Shown: positions 11,391 through 25,326, numbered from the whole stretch's first letter. The stretch: DNA of 63,088 nt, filler included, from Squatina squatina (GCA_031763465.1; 4 parts of 4 records of this genome joined end to end with filler, not necessarily neighbours in it); one strand, 5' to 3'. Translations and numbers: made by a program. The notes: generated by a model from the letters alone, not told the origin.

Positions 11391-12789
11391 ACTATGAAGT
11401 TGGACATGGCCGCATGGAAAGCGTAATGATTGAAAACAAAAATCTCCAGTACGTGGACCAATATGGTCCTCGATTGAATCCCAATATGTGCTGAGTTTGC
11501 TGATATCTGGCAGGGCCGGTGCTACAATTAGCTGCAGCACCGTGGGTTAGCGAAAGAAAAAAATATAAGCACGGTTCCTGCTTTCCATTGCTATAAGATG
11601 ACTGGCAAGAAGTGCACGTGATCGCCTGGTGAGGACAAAAATCAAGCTGAGCCCGTAATGTCCTCCACTGGCAGATAGCCTGTTGATGCTTACTATTGCA
11701 CATGAGTAGTAGCTACTTGGGTGACGTACCAGAGAGTGACCACCACCTGTGGAACTATAGCCCAACAGCAACGCAATGCTTTCCAAAAGGCACAGGGAAG
11801 AAACTAAGTAAATAAATATTAATACAATGTTCTTGGATTTATGTAAATGCACTTTTCTCTATGTGTATGCTAATTGTTTCATCCTTATTCTTGTACTCTA
11901 GAACTCTTCATTTAAACGAATTAATATCCAAGTCTCACTTAGTTGTTACTATACAAAAACACAGCTTCACACTAAATGTTAGTAACAGTTGCTTGAATAG
12001 ATGATTGTTCCCTCTGAGAACAGAATGAGAATTATAATTGGATCTGAAACTCATTCTGAAGCATTGCTGGTCCCAAGACCCTGCTTAGCCTAGTGTCCCA
12101 TTAAACATTACAGTCAAAGTACAATCAAGGCAAACTGGTCTATTTCTGTAATTATTGTATAATAACATGTAAATCTGATTTACTATGTTTGCACTGTTAA
12201 GCTTGTTAACTTGTTTATTTGCACAGAAATGTTACTGTCTTTATATTTAGTATTCTCCTGTTCCGTGTTGATGAAGTTACACACAAAGCAGCCGTTGTTT
12301 GTAGATTTTATTGCCTCCAGCAAAGGTCCTGGCGTTAACTACAAACCTAGTGGGCAACAAATGTATATATTTAGATTTGTTGCACAAGACTTCAGAAATA
12401 ATTACAGTTTTATTTCTTATAAAGGTATCAAACAGTGATACAAAAGTACATACCTTGTTCTTTTTCTATAATATCAATCTTTTTATACCAGTAACTCAAT
12501 ATACTTGTAGCGTAGAGTTTCTGCCAAGGACACAATTGGCAAAATGCTGATATCTGGGAGGAAATCATATGGAATCTCCAGGCCAAGAATCAAAATGTCA
12601 TTTTCCACAACAAATTAAGATTTTCTGATTTGTAATTGTGTTCTATATTTGGAACCAATCCTCTTTACCATATCCAAGAACAAAATGTGATGGGTTTGAG
12701 AAATGAGTGAACCTCTCCTTTACTTAGAGAGGAATTTGGAGTGATGGTATACTCACAACTTTCAATATCCAGACAATGTGGTGAAGCAA

Positions 12790-13071
12790 TTAAGACATGG
12801 ACAACATTCAGGCTTGGGCTGATAAGTGGCAAATAACATTCACTCCACACAAGTGCCAGACAATGACAATCTCCAACAATAGAGAATCTAGCAACCTCCC
12901 CTTGACATTCACTGGCATTACCATTGCTGAATCCCCTGTCATCAACAACCTGGGGGTCACCATTGACCATAAAATTAACTGGACCAGCCACATGAAATAC
13001 TTTGGCTAAAACAGCAGGTCAGATGCTGGGTAATCTGCGGCAAGTGTCTCACCTCCTAACTCCCTGAACAT
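12790..13071 (+). mobile_element. CR1-group LINE ORF2 fragment (second family)
   Basis: DNIQAWADKWQITFTPHKCQTMTIS...NNLGVTIDHKINWTSH is the region just after the RT core. Confidence 0.8.
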
Positions 13072-13249
13072 NNNNNNNNNNNNNNNNNNNNNNNNNNNNN
13101 NNNNNNNNNNNNNNNNNNNNNNNNNNNNNNNNNNNNNNNNNNNNNNNNNNNNNNNNNNNNNNNNNNNNNNNAATACACATTTTGTTCCCATTGAAATTTT
13201 CTACGTAATTTTATTTTATTCTGTTTGTTTTAAATCTCTCTGTCTTGTA

Positions 13250-14615
13250 GGAACATTGAAACAGGAGTAGGCTATTCAGCCTCTCAAGCCTGTTCTGCCA
13301 TTCAATTAGATCATGGCTGATCTGTAACTTAACTCCATCTACCCTCGATCTCAGTTTAGACATTTTCAATTGACCTGGCCTCAACAGTTTTTTGGAGCAG
13401 AGAGTTCTAGGTTTCCATTATTCTTTTTGTGTGACAATGTACTTTCTGACATCACTCTGAACTATAACTTTAAGGTCATGCCCCCTTGCTCTGTCCTTTA
13501 ATCATCTTAAACACTTCAATTAGATCACCCCCTCAGCTGCTGTATTAAAGGGAATACAAGCTGAACCTATGCAATCTGTCCTCGCATTTGGCCCCAGTAT
13601 CATTCAGATGTATCTGCACTGCACCCCTTCCAAGGTCACTATATCATCCTGAGGCACGCTGCCCAGAACTGAGTGCAGTACTCCAGATGGGGTCTAACCA
13701 GAGCTGTGCACAGCTGCAACATAACTTCCACGCTTCGTAATCCAGCCCTCTTGAGAAAAAGACCAACATTCCATTAACTTTTTTTAATTACTTTTGTACC
13801 TGTCCATTTCTGTACTTGGACCCCTAAACCTCTCTGCTCATCCACAGTTCCTAGCATTTAGAAAATACTTTCTTAGGCCCAATTTGGATGACCTCACACT
13901 TTCCCGCGTTAAACTCCACCTGCCACAGTTTTGCCCACTCATTTAATTTATCAGTGTCCCTTTGAGACTTTCTGCTGCTATCTACACTATTTACTGTGCC
14001 ACCTAACTTAGTGTGGTCAACAAACTTAGATATACGGTCCTCTATTCCTTCATCCAAGTCATTTATAAAAGAGTGAAAAACTATGGCCCCAGTACAAATC
14101 CCTGGGGAACCCCCTCTAGTCACATCCTGCCAATTTGAGTACATACCTATTATCCCTACTCTCAGTTTCCTACCACCTAAGCAATTCCCTATCCAAGCCA
14201 ATATGTTGCCTCCAATTCCAGGCGCGCTCATTTTCGTTAACAGTCTCTTATATGGAACCTTGTTAAATACCTTCTGGAAGTCCATATACATAACACCCAT
14301 ATACACTCCCTTATCTACCAAGTTGGTTATCTCCTCAAAAAAATTCAACTAAATTTGTTAGACCCTTTACTAATCCATGTTGGCTAGCTCTGATCCGCTC
14401 ATATGTATCCAAATGTTCAATCGCTCTGTTCCTAATAACAGAATATAGTAACTTTCCCACAACTGACGGTTGCCTAATAGGCCTATAATTTCCTAGTTTA
14501 TCTCTTGCCCTTCTTAAATAGGGGAGTGACATTGGCAATTTTCCAATCCAAGGGGACGGTTCCTGAATCAACAGAGATTTGGAAGATCATGGCTAATGTA
14601 TTAACAATTCCCTAA
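13250..14615 (-). mobile_element. CR1 LINE 3' portion with degraded RT
   Basis: GNYRPI, SQHGLVKG, YMDFQKVFNKVP, FINDLDEG, SKFVDHTKLGG and WQVEFNAGKC. Frameshifted, with the CR1 3'UTR at 13250-13400. Confidence 0.9.
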
Positions 14616-14744
14616 GTCCCTTACCTACTGTAGTAGCAGCTTCTTTTAGCCATTGTTTTAGCATATATTGTCATTACATACTTTGGGAACATTTGAGGTG
14701 AAAAGTTTCAACATTATGCAGACCTTGACACACTGTAAAATATC

Positions 14745-14817
14745 ATAGAAACATAGAAACATAGAAAATAGGTGCAGGAGTAGGCCATTAGGCCCTTCGA
14801 GCCTGCACCGCCATTCA
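14745..14817 (-). mobile_element. CR1 3' end with (TTTCTATG)n tail
   Basis: CATAGAAA x3 followed by GGTGCAGGAGTAGGCCATT...CCCTTCGAGCCTGC. Confidence 0.8.
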
Positions 14818-16025
14818 NNNNNNNNNNNNNNNNNNNNNNNNNNNNNNNNNNNNNNNNNNNNNNNNNNNNNNNNNNNNNNNNNNNNNNNNNNNNNNNNNNN
14901 NNNNNNNNNNNNNNNNNCATATTTCTGAGTTCCAAAATGTTCTAACTATTATGTCATTACATTGTGTGGAAAAGGTCTTTATGAACAACATACTAATGAA
15001 AATTTAGGGCTGTTATAATTTATATGTACTTCCAAAATAGTAGATTTCAAACCACATTTAATGTCTGTGTGATAATGAAGACAGGACCTACAGCATAAAA
15101 GAGGACCATAAGTTATTATAAATCTCTTTAATCACCACATCTTTGGTTATATTTCAAGCTTTAGATATACGTAATGTCTAAATGAAATATGCAAAGCTCT
15201 CCTGATTGATAAAAAGAAACCTAAGACAAAGAAGATAAACTTTTATATTTCAAGCAAGAAAGAAGACATTTTAAAGTAAGTTAAAACATCTGGATTGTAA
15301 ATTGATTAAAAGTGAAAAGAAGTTGGGTGACTTAACCGTATTTAATCATGTCTTTAGTAATTCAACTGCATATATCATTGATTTGTTTGTAGCACAATGT
15401 TTTCCCTCAGTGAGGGTACACGATTAACTATAGTGACCAATAGTCCACTGTAAAACATTGTGCTAAGTGATACTGGACCATATAACCACAGCTCTGATGA
15501 TCCCATGGTGACTGCATCTCCCCTGTCATTAGGCAGTTTATTTTCAGAGAACCACAGGTCACGGTTTGTTTAACCATTTCACAATACTCTTTAACGATAG
15601 GTAGTTTGTGCAATTGCTCTTCAGAAAACTTGGCCATGATTGAAGTTTTCACATATAAAGTATTTGTTCTTTGTTTGCCCATTTTGGTCCTGCCGTGCCT
15701 TTTGTTGATTGTTGACATTATAATCTTTTCCCCTATTTCACAAAAAGAATGCCGTAAATATTTGGCACAATTTAAAATATCCATCTTCTTAACCCCAGTA
15801 AATATAAATCAAGATGCTCAACAAAAATAATAGCAATACACTAATGGAAGTCAATTTACACAAAATCTCCAAATGTAGTTGCAGTAGAAATTTTAAATTG
15901 TATCGTGAAGGTAAAGATATAACATTTAATAATACAAGTATAGAGCCAGTGTCTAACCGACAGCTGAATCTGTTCATTGTTCATTCAGGCATTATCACCT
16001 GATTTGTCAGTTGCTGTGAAATAAA

Positions 16026-16240
16026 GATTGTGACAAAATGAATCATGATAGGATCCTTGGTAAGGAGCAGACAGATTTNNNNNNNNNNNNNNNNNNNNNN
16101 NNNNNNNNNNNNNNNNNNNNNNNNNNNNNNNNNNNNNNNNNNNNNNNNNNNNNNNNNNNNNNNNNNNNNNNNNNNNNNAGATTGTGACAAAATGAAACAT
16201 GATAGAACTCTTGGTAAGGAGCAGACAAATTTGTGATAAT
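16026..16240. repeat. ~50-bp tandem repeat flanking a gap
   Basis: GATTGTGACAAAATGAA(T/A)CATGATAG..CTTGGTAAGGAGCAGACA(G/A)ATTT occurs on both sides of the N run with a few mismatches. Confidence 0.7.
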
Positions 16241-16654
16241 ATTCTTATCACAGAAACTGCACAAGTGGTCATGGTTTTCACAGATGAAAGCCTTTCCTGT
16301 TATAGTAAGCGATTTCATCCAGTGAAAGGGCATACGTGTAATGATTTGCGCCCAAGGGAAACCAGAACTATTAAAAAAATAGCATAGTTGCTCCCTCTGC
16401 TTCTTGATCGTGGCAGGAATAGATATTTGGAGTAAAAATGTATCCACTGTGACTTTGCCTGCGAGATAAATGTAGCACACAATAGCATTTTCCTTAACTC
16501 GCTTGATGAACCAATACAAATTGATACATGACAGTGATATATGACTGATTGATTTCTGGTGTATTTCCAACAGGTCATTGGAGGTGNNNNNNNNNNACTG
16601 CTACTGGCCAGCTTCATTAACAATTGACTTGTTCACTGAAATTATTTTCAGGTT

Positions 16655-16884
16655 AACAACACCTTATATTTATATCGCGTCTTTAACATAATAAAACATC
16701 CCAAGGTGCTTCACAGGAGTGTTATATTAAAAAAAAATTGACATGGAGCCATTTAAGAAGATGCTAGGGCAGATGACTGAAAGCTTGGTCGAAGAGGTAG
16801 GTTTTAAGGAGTCTTAAAGGAGGGAAGAGAAGTAGAGAGGCGGGGAGATTTAGGGAGGGAATTCCAGAGCTCAGGACTTAGGTA
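16655..16884 (-). mobile_element. L2-type LINE 3' end
   Basis: Reverse complement of the 44040-44337 type (LWNSLP..FK..LKTYLF, tail GGCGCTATATAAATGCAAGTTGTT). Confidence 0.75.
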
Positions 16885-16928
16885 NNNNNNNNNNNNNNNN
16901 NNNNNNNNNNNNNNNNNNNNNNNNNNNN

Positions 16929-16940
16929 TTAATTAATTAA
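16929..16940. other. Artificial scaffold spacer TTAATTAATTAA
   Basis: Exactly 44 N on each side, stop codons in all six frames, identical at three sites. Confidence 0.97.
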
Positions 16941-17236
16941 NNNNNNNNNNNNNNNNNNNNNNNNNNNNNNNNNNNNNNNNNNNNTCTGACTCAGGGGAGA
17001 GTGGTACCCATTGAGCCGTGGTTGTATTCTAATGTCACAGAGTCATATTAATGGGAAAATCCGATTAAAAGGGTAGGCATCACTAGGTGTGGACGCCATT
17101 AATATTGACTGTTGGTATAGAACTTTTGAATGGATAGATGTCACGACATTAATGATATATTGACTGTACATTTACACTGATGCAGTGGGGGGATGTTTTT
17201 CTAAACCAGGCCTGTATTTTACTGTTATTGCTATCA

Positions 17237-17600
17237 GCTTGCCCAGTTGGTCACACTGTTCCTCTCAGTCAGGAGGTCGTGGGTCAAGCCTCACTAAAGG
17301 ACTTGCACATAATCTAGGCTGACATTCCAGTTCAGTGTTAAGGGAGCGCTGTATTGTCAGAGGTGTTGTCTTTTGGGTTAGATGTTAAGCTGAGTCCTAC
17401 CAACGTTCCTCCTTGAACCAACATCACAAAAACCAGATTAACTCATTTTTAAACTCATTTGTTATTTGTGGGAACTTACTGTGTACAAATTGACTGCCAT
17501 GTTTGCCTATATAACATTGACTTCAAACAAATTGATTGAATGTAAAATACTTTTAGATCTCCTCAGGATTAAAGCAAGGTTCTATATAAAAGCATATTCT
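17237..17600 (+). mobile_element. DeuSINE copy, internally deleted
   Basis: tRNA-like head plus CTGACATTCCAGTTCAGTG..GGGAGCGCTG and a Deu-like tail. Confidence 0.7.
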
Positions 17601-18122
17601 TTCTCGAAAGACCTCCTATTGAAAATATTATGTTTAGCCTGCCCCCGACAGACACACAAACTATTGCTGTCGCAGTGGGTAATGAGTCCTGTAATATTTG
17701 GTTTTGGCTGCAGTAATGTAAAAGTATGTCTTTTGTGCTAGACGATACGTGAATGAATGTTCGTAAGCTGCAACCTTAGGTTTGCAAGTCATAAACCACC
17801 ATAGAGATTTGACTTTGGCATTGGTTTTTATAGTGACTGAATGTATGTTAATTATATCTACTGAACTACTGTATTTAAATGAATACATGAATATTTGATG
17901 CTCACATGAGCACTACTGCTAAATAATACATTTTTTTGCACCCTGGCACAGAAAATTGCACTTAGTGTTGGCTTATGTAGCAATGCAAATAATATTATCT
18001 CTGACTTCTGTGTAAGCTGCACCCTGCACCTGTGCTTCCCTCAGCTGGTCAAGGTCATGTGTGAATCTGAACAAATCCCAACAGGGCAAGTTCAGAAATG
18101 CATCTAAATGGAACCCAAACTG

Positions 18123-18312
18123 AAACAACATCTTGCATTTATATAGCGCCTTCAATGTAGTAAAGAGTCCCAGGGCGCTTCGCAGGAGCGTTATCGGACA
18201 AAAACTGACACTGAGCCAAAGGAGGGGAAATCAGGACAGGTCAAAAAGGTAGGTTTTAAGGAGCATTTTAAAGGAGGAGAGAGGGCCTAGGCAACTGAAG
18301 TCATGGCCACCA
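18123..18312 (-). mobile_element. L2-type LINE 3' end
   Basis: AACAACATCTTGCATTTATATAGCGCC...GGTAGGTTTTAAGGAG. Confidence 0.75.
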
Positions 18313-18728
18313 TAAGTGTTCATTTGTACTTGAGGCTACAAATGTCTCTGCTTTTGAGTAACTTGTATCCATTTAATGGAGGAAAAAGTCAAAAATCGGA
18401 ATCCTTTATAAAGGACTTGCTTCAAAATTTGACTTTCAGCCCTGTTCTAATTCCTCTCCTCTCCTGTTGTTGAAGTTGTTTTCCTTTCTGTCCTACTCTG
18501 CTGCTCAATTGGTAAGGAAACAGCCTTTACAATTGGCAGAATTAAAGTAAGCAGCAAGAGAAAACACTAGCGCTCTCCTCAACNNNNNNNNNNTCAACGG
18601 GGGGTGGGGAGAGAAATTGAGCTCACGTAGGTTTATGAACGTCTTACTTTCCTGATTCATGTTTTTGCTTGTGCCTGAAATGTTTTATATTTTAGATGTT
18701 AACCGCTACGCTTCTTCTTTAATTGTAG

Positions 18729-19293
18729 TCAGAGCTTTTTGGACACGTTCCCTCGACTAGAACCACCTCCACCAACGGTCAAAAAGAGGACACCTCGAGC
18801 ACTGAAAACCACTCAGGACATGATGATATCATCTGTGCCAGTGGTTCACAGCAGTGACGTTTCTGACCTGTCCACTGCAGCCGCTCCTGGTGAAACAGCG
18901 CCGCAAAAAAACGGGACGGCTGAAAGTAAGGCCGCCGATGTGGAAGCTGCCTTCACGAGCAGCGCGGAGAATTTAACCTCCGCCACCACCACCACCAAGG
19001 CCAAATCAGAGGATGAGATCAGCAGCACACTGGAGAGTGTAGAGGACCTTGCCAAGCCTGCCCTCTCGGTGCCTGATCTTCTCAATAAGGAGCCTGTGGA
19101 CGTCAAACTCAAGCCAGCTGGTCACGAGAAACGGATGGCCTCCTCCCCGCGTGCCGACAAGGCTCGCCTGCGGATCAGCATTAGCGAAGATGACCTTTTA
19201 GGGAATGACTCTGAAGACTCTGGAGTGCCAAGGCAAAGATGCTCAAGTGTTGAAAATGAAGAACGCCATCCAGACTTGCTGTCATTCGACTAG
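18729..19293 (+). CDS. C1orf226: C1orf226-like last coding exon
   Basis: Acceptor ttgtag| at 18728. FPRLEPPPP..KRTPRALKTTQDMMISS.PV, LSVPDL and C-terminal HPDLLSFD* match recalled human C1orf226 (HPDLLSFE). Its human neighbour UHMK1 lies nearby. Confidence 0.85.
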
Positions 19294-20365
19294 GCTGCTG
19301 TGGGGATCTTGCTTCACAAATTAACACTGGAACTGCAGCATCTCCTTCCGCTGACTGGTCTCAAGAGGGGGAAAATTCACTGTAATGTGCTTTAGCCTTT
19401 TCCAAAGTTTCACACCAAATCTCATGACCTTTATTCTTCTGTAATTCATTTTAGCCCCGTGGAGTTTGGTGTCATGGTTTAACGATGGGGTGTGCAATTA
19501 CTTGTGTAGGTGTCCTTTACTAGGCAGAAGTTTGGCTTTNNNNNNNNNNNNNNNNNNNNNNNNNNNNNNNNNNNNNNNNNNNNNNNNNNNNNNNNNNNNN
19601 NNNNNNNNNNNNNNNNNNNNNNNNNNNNNNNNNNNNNNNCATTTATGCTCTTCAGGTTTACAGGATAACATAAATCCAGACATACAACAGCAGAGCACAA
19701 GATTCTACTTTGTAGTAGTAAGATGATCTGAATTTGTGAGCATTAAATCCAAGCTGCTGAACAAATGATCTCTCAATTAAAAGCAGTTATACCCAGGATT
19801 TACATTTCACTTACTAGTATATGAAAGTTTACAATAATACAATTTTAAAATACGAGAGGTCAATTGGTTCCATAAACTATCAGCTATTTTTCTGTTTTAC
19901 AAATGAATCTGTTCCATAACCTTTGTCTTCGATGAACTGATTTGAGGAAGGATCAAACCAGTCATAAATGCATCACCCACCCAGGGAAAGTTAGAAGTTG
20001 CATAAAAACAATATCTCAAAAATGTTAAGAGGTTACAACCAAATAAGCCACACTGACAGTATTCTGAATACTCTCGTCTAAAATGTAAGCCATGTGTACT
20101 TATTGTAAGGATACTTTAAACTTTAAATTGAAATGTTCACATTAGCTATACCTTGAGCAACAGACCTCACTTGCTTGAATGCCATAAACACTAAATAGGA
20201 ATAATCTTTGCTTAGTCACGAGATTTTTGCCTATGATTGTGCATGTCATGTATGGATGTGTTGCAGGTGACTGACCCTGAGAAATGCTTTTGGGGATGAT
20301 CCTGTAATACCTTTTTGATAAAAGCTATTGGAATTATTCCTGTTGGGCAATGACTGATGATATAA

Positions 20366-20445
20366 TCTCAATGCATGGCTTCTTTTAATCCTTTTCCATC
20401 TCAATAGCATTTCAATGCATGGCTGCTTTTAATCCTTTTCACTCA
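20366..20445. repeat. Local direct duplication (~45-nt period)
   Basis: TCAATGCATGGCT(T/G)CTTTTAATCCTTTT occurs twice. Confidence 0.8.
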
Positions 20446-21072
20446 AGATTTGTTTGGAGATGGCAATGAGCTCAAATAGATAAAGGTATCTAAAATCCAA
20501 TGTGTAATGTCCTGGTAACCTTGTCAGTGTTCAAGTATGTAATAAAGGGCATGTGAACAAAACCAATAGGCAAACAAAATAGCACTTTACACTGTCTTTT
20601 CGAAATGGTCCTAGACACACTTTGTTCACACATTCAAACGGTGCAAATATTTCATTTCTTCCCCTCCCCCTTCCTCTTGCATTTTAATAAAGAAAAATGC
20701 ATAATTTCAACACCACCAGTCATCCATGGAAACACAAATATTTCCACTCCCAATGCAACTGTTTGAGGAATGTGGCAAATGTTATAAGGTGGCATATTTA
20801 TCTCTTTTTGGCTCAAGTCTTTTGCATAGGACAGCACACAAACCAAGACTGGGGAAAGCATGCATGCTCAGCGCACAGTACCACATCATTCACTACCTTC
20901 AGTCAATAAATACAGTCATTACTAGGCAAATCCCTTANNNNNNNNNNNNNNNNNNNNNNNNNNNNNNNNNNNNNNNNNNNNNNNNNNNNNNNNNNNNNNN
21001 NNNNNNNNNNNNNNNNNNNNNNNNNNNNNNNNNNNNNCTCCTACATTAATGAACTCTCGCTTCACAATTTAC

Positions 21073-21365
21073 CTGATTTCCTTCTTGGAAGCTAAGCCCA
21101 AAGTCAATGAGTTTAAAGCATTCATCCTCCGCACTCCAGAGGATATTACACGGTTTGAGATCTGCATGTACGTAACCCTCGCGGTGAATAAAAGCTAGCG
21201 CATTCAGAACATCCCGTGCACAGTGCTGGATCATCCACATTGAATGGCCTCGATTAATGGAGTGTAGCAGCAGCTCAGAGACACTGGCATCCAACAATTC
21301 CAGCAAGATGCAGTTACAACGTTGGTTCGTGTAGGATAAGTTAGAAAATCTCCCGTATAAAGTCA
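21073..21365 (-). CDS. UHMK1: UHMK1 (KIS) kinase-domain exon
   Basis: ttccag| acceptor and CAG|gtaaa donor, 293 nt. Encodes LLELLDASVSELLL..SMWMIQHCARDVLNALAFIHREGYVHADLKPCNILWSAEDECFKLIDFGLSFQEGNQ. Confidence 0.95.
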
Positions 21366-21730
21366 CTGGAAGTATAAAGAGGAAATTATGTATTAAATAG
21401 GATATACAATTACTACCGCTGTTGTTCTATAACTATTGCTACATACTTCCGACTCAACAGTAAAACAGGGAGTGCAGGAAACATGAAACAAACTCCAGTG
21501 ACTCACCGCTACTTATTCTGCACACTGTTTGGAGACCAGTTGAAGTACAAACCTTTTGGGTCTGCTGTACCGAGAGGAATGCCAATGTTTGATAGCATGT
21601 TTGCAAACATCTGCTGCCACTTGTATAAAGNNNNNNNNNNNNNNNNNNNNNNNNNNNNNNNNNNNNNNNNNNNNNNNNNNNNNNNNNNNNNNNNNNNNNN
21701 NNNNNNNNNNNNNNNNNNNNNNNNNNNNNN

Positions 21731-21997
21731 GAAAAAAGCAGGCGTTGTCACCGCCGGATTTAGTGCACAGTGACACTGTGCAATTCTGGACGGGTGGCCA
21801 TTTTGGGTGGTGTGCGCATGGATGACGTCACAGCACCGCGTTTATGCCAGCGCCTCGAGCGTTATGGGCATTGCGCCCGTTTAGCGCCGGCGCAAACGGC
21901 ACCCGAATTTTGCACCCACGTTTTAGCGCTAAAAGTGGCCTAACGCCAGTTTCGCGTTGATTTGACGCTAGAAGTTTGACCACGAATTGGCCACCCA
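21731..21997. mobile_element. Harbinger-like MITE end, truncated by a gap
   Basis: CpG-rich with repeated TTTAGCGC motifs. Ends GAATTGGCCACCC (reverse complement GGGTGGCCAATTC). Confidence 0.55.
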
Positions 21998-22519
21998 TAG
22001 CTTTTATAAGACATGTATAATGATCTAATTCAGCCTGTGAAGCAACCCTCCACAGGATTCTGCAGATGGCACAAATGTGGCTTTTCTAAATAATAGAAAA
22101 TGGGACAATCTCTATAAAATAAAGAAGGGAGAGCAGTGAAAAACTACCTTGATGTACACTGCCAGAGCTAAAACATAAATAAGCTGGCAAAATAAAGGCA
22201 ACCAACTTCTAATAAAGATTTCATGACTTTTGTGCCTTCCTTGGCCATCCTTAATCCAGTAACTCCATTAAATTCTAATTGTATAAAAAGAGATCTGACA
22301 AACTGAACAATCTGAAACAAAATTGCCATTTCTGTTCAAATAACCTTCACCAACACCGTTAACAATCCATGATCATCTTGTCTATACTTTTGCCACTGCA
22401 TTTTTGGGCAAATGGCAGCAGATAGTAATATTGTTGCATTGGATCCAAAAGCTTTGGAAAGGACAAAAAACAAAATCACTGAAATAATTATAGCCATGGA
22501 CAGATGTTGAAGTTTAGTC

Positions 22520-22860
22520 ACTGTTGTAATGCAGAAAACACATGGCAACCAATGAACCACAGCAAGGTCTCGCAACAGCAATGAGACAAATGACCAGTTA
22601 ATATATTTCAGTAGTACTGATTGAGGGATAAGTATTGGTCAGAATACAGAGAGAACTTCCTTACTCTTCTTTGTTTATGTCCACCTGAGCAAGCTAATGG
22701 GGTTTTGGTTCAACATCTACTCATCTGAAATACAGCACCTCTGGAATGCATTACTCCATCAGTGCTGCACTGAAGTGCCAGCCTAGATTATGTGCTCAAG
22801 ACTCCAGAGTGAGACTTAAACCCACAACCTTTTCACTCAGAAGTGGGAGTACTACCAGAA
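22520..22860 (-). mobile_element. DeuSINE copy
   Basis: CAGCAAGGTC..AACAGCAATGAG...AGTGCCAGCCTAGATTATGTGCTCAAG..AACCCACAACC. Confidence 0.75.
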
Positions 22861-23044
22861 GAGTTGAGTTTGTCCTCCTGGCACCACTGTTCCTAACTGA
22901 CATTAAAATGAAACCAAATGTAAGCACATGAAATTTGTTGACAACAATAAAATAGGGAGGAGTAGCAGAGACAAGTGACGCAGAAAAAGATTTAGGGAAG
23001 GTCTTGGGTGGATTTTGCAACTGGGCATAGACAGAAAAATTAAA

Positions 23045-23510
23045 TTCAACACTGAAAGTTTGAAGCTCAACTTAAACTTCAAGAACAGTATATCTCATCT
23101 TTCTGCTAGGCACCCTGCAACCCTTGGTTCTAAATAACTTTAGACTTTAGCAATATCCTCATTGTCAAACGTGTTTCAACTCACATCTGGCCCCCAGGTT
23201 TTCTATCTTTTTTTAAATGGCTTAATGCTTCTGTCCATTACTTGACTGAGACCATCTATTACATCATTCCACTCTGAATCCCTGTCTGATTTTGTCTATT
23301 ATATATTACTTCTCTGTGCGTTTGTCTGTCTGTTTCCTTTTCTCCCTCCCACTTCCTTTCTGATTCTGTTAATATGCTTGTTTGGCATTTATTTCTCAGT
23401 TGTGAAAGAAGGTCCTGCCTGAAAAATTGACTTCTTTCTTCTCTCCGCATATCCTGACTGACCTATTGTATGCTTCCAGCTTTTTTTGGTTTTGTTTCAG
23501 ATCTCCCATC
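23045..23510 (+). mobile_element. Degenerate Penelope-like element 3' region
   Basis: Remnant of the GIY-YIG C-terminus (KL.EQ.LIF.LGTLQP.G.N), then a CT-rich tract and a decayed hammerhead/terminal block near 23397-23500. Confidence 0.55.
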
Positions 23511-24048
23511 GCGATGTCCATGCTGAGTTGGAGGATAGCTGTTTTGTAAGAATAGGGCTATTATCAGGAAAGCATGATGGGAACAATGGTACAGGAGGTG
23601 GACGCTATGTGCTGTTGTTTGAATATATTTAAGATGGTCAATAATAAAACAATCCTTTTAGTTTAATGTCTTCATGTAAAAATTGATATCACAGCTCTTG
23701 AAATGCTCAGTCAGTCCTGGGTTAACTAATCTTAGCCAGAGGCAGGTTCTCACTAATCTTCACCAGTTGTATGTTTTCGCACAAATATATGAGAGAGGAC
23801 AGGAAAAGGGCAGCTGATCCATTATACCTTTACCATCCTGGCATGGTGCAACTTCTGCACTTCACCCCCATCCCCTCCCCACCAACAGTCATGCAACCTC
23901 CTGGGAGAGAAAAAAAGAACTCATGTCAATTTAAGTAAATGCACTTACNNNNNNNNNNNNNNNNNNNNNNNNNNNNNNNNNNNNNNNNNNNNNNNNNNNN
24001 NNNNNNNNNNNNNNNNNNNNNNNNNNNNNNNNNNNNNNNNNNNNNNNN

Positions 24049-24325
24049 CTCGTTTAAACCCTCCCCAACAGTACTAGCAAATTCCCCTGTAAGGATATTG
24101 GCCCTGGTCCTGCTGGGGTGTAACCCGTCCAGCTTGTACGTGTCCCACCTGCCCCAGATCCGGCCCCAATGCCTCAGAAATCTAAAGCCCTCTCTCCTGC
24201 ACCATCTCTCCAGCCACGCATTCATCTGCTCTAACCTCCTATTTCTGTACTCACTAGCACGTGGCACTGGAAGTAATCCTGAGATTACTACCTCTTGAGG
24301 TTCTGCTTTTCAATCTCTTTCCTAG
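24049..24325 (-). mobile_element. CR1 ORF1 (SGNH esterase) fragment
   Basis: PRASEYRNRRLEQMNAWLERWCRREGFRFLRHW...DGLH...GEGLN. Confidence 0.85.
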
Positions 24326-24444
24326 CTCAATCGACTATCGTGTCCACTTCAATCAAATAGCTGTTAGATAGTGTGTATTTATCTCTCCAAAGTGATACCA
24401 TCTGACACATGCAGGAATATATTTATCCCTTGACCTTTGTACAG

Positions 24445-24620
24445 ATTTGGAATGAAGAAAATATGCTAGACAGAAAGAAAATGGAGCTGGAAAACATGCA
24501 AACAGAAGAGACTCAGCTGAAAAGGATTCGCTGCTCAAAGCTTGAAAAACAGGATAAGCTACAGATGCAGAGGCATAAGAAGCAGGAAGCTTGGGAGCAT
24601 TATCGTGATTCAGTAACCAT
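24445..24620 (+). CDS. NUF2: NUF2-like coiled-coil exon
   Basis: tttgtacag| acceptor and AT|gtatgt donor, 176 nt. ELENMQTEETQLKR...KLEK...KKQE...YRDSV resembles recalled human NUF2 ELKKLKTEENSFKR...KKEK...KKHE...YKRTV. Synteny with UHMK1 and RGS genes supports the call. Confidence 0.7.
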
Positions 24621-25326
24621 GTATGTAAACTTAACTACTGACTGTTTCAGTTTTTACTTTGGGACAAGAGATAATACTAGGTCACATCTTTCAGAATCCA
24701 TAATTGCAACTGGTTGAAGAATGGTCTAAGCACAGTGCTCAGAATTATAACCATGCTCTGTTAATCTGTATAGAAGTTATCAGAACTGAAAACTGCTATG
24801 GATTCCATTTTTTGCCTTTTTAGTCATCTACTTGCGTTTGTCAATCAATTTTTGCCCTGATTCCTCTGCCCACCAAAAAAAAGTGTCTACTTGGTGTTGA
24901 CCTCTCTTGTTTCTGTTTTATACAAATATTCTTCTGCATATCTGTATGTTTTTATAATTCCTTGTCNNNNNNNNNNNNNNNNNNNNNNNNNNNNNNNNNN
25001 NNNNNNNNNNNNNNNNNNNNNNNNNNNNNNNNNNNNNNNNNNNNNNNNNNNNNNNNNNNNNNNNNNAGTTCTCTAGTACAATTGGTGCTGATACACATCT
25101 TTACATCACAGCTTTGTGAAAAGAACCCAGATCTACAACATAGGTCTATCTTAACTTACATAAATAGGTAGTGCAGCAAAATATAATTCCTGAAGCACTC
25201 GCATCCAACAGAAAGCTTTAAGTTTCTGAATGCATTATTCTTTCTGAAGCCAAAGCAAGTAGTTACTTCAGTAACCTTCCACTATACAAAGACATTCTTC
25301 GTACTGAAAACGCTTAGGTAACATAC

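Noticed and set aside
15428-15784. 118-aa minus-strand ORF
   Set aside because: No recognisable motif or splice support. It could be chance or a decayed transposon.
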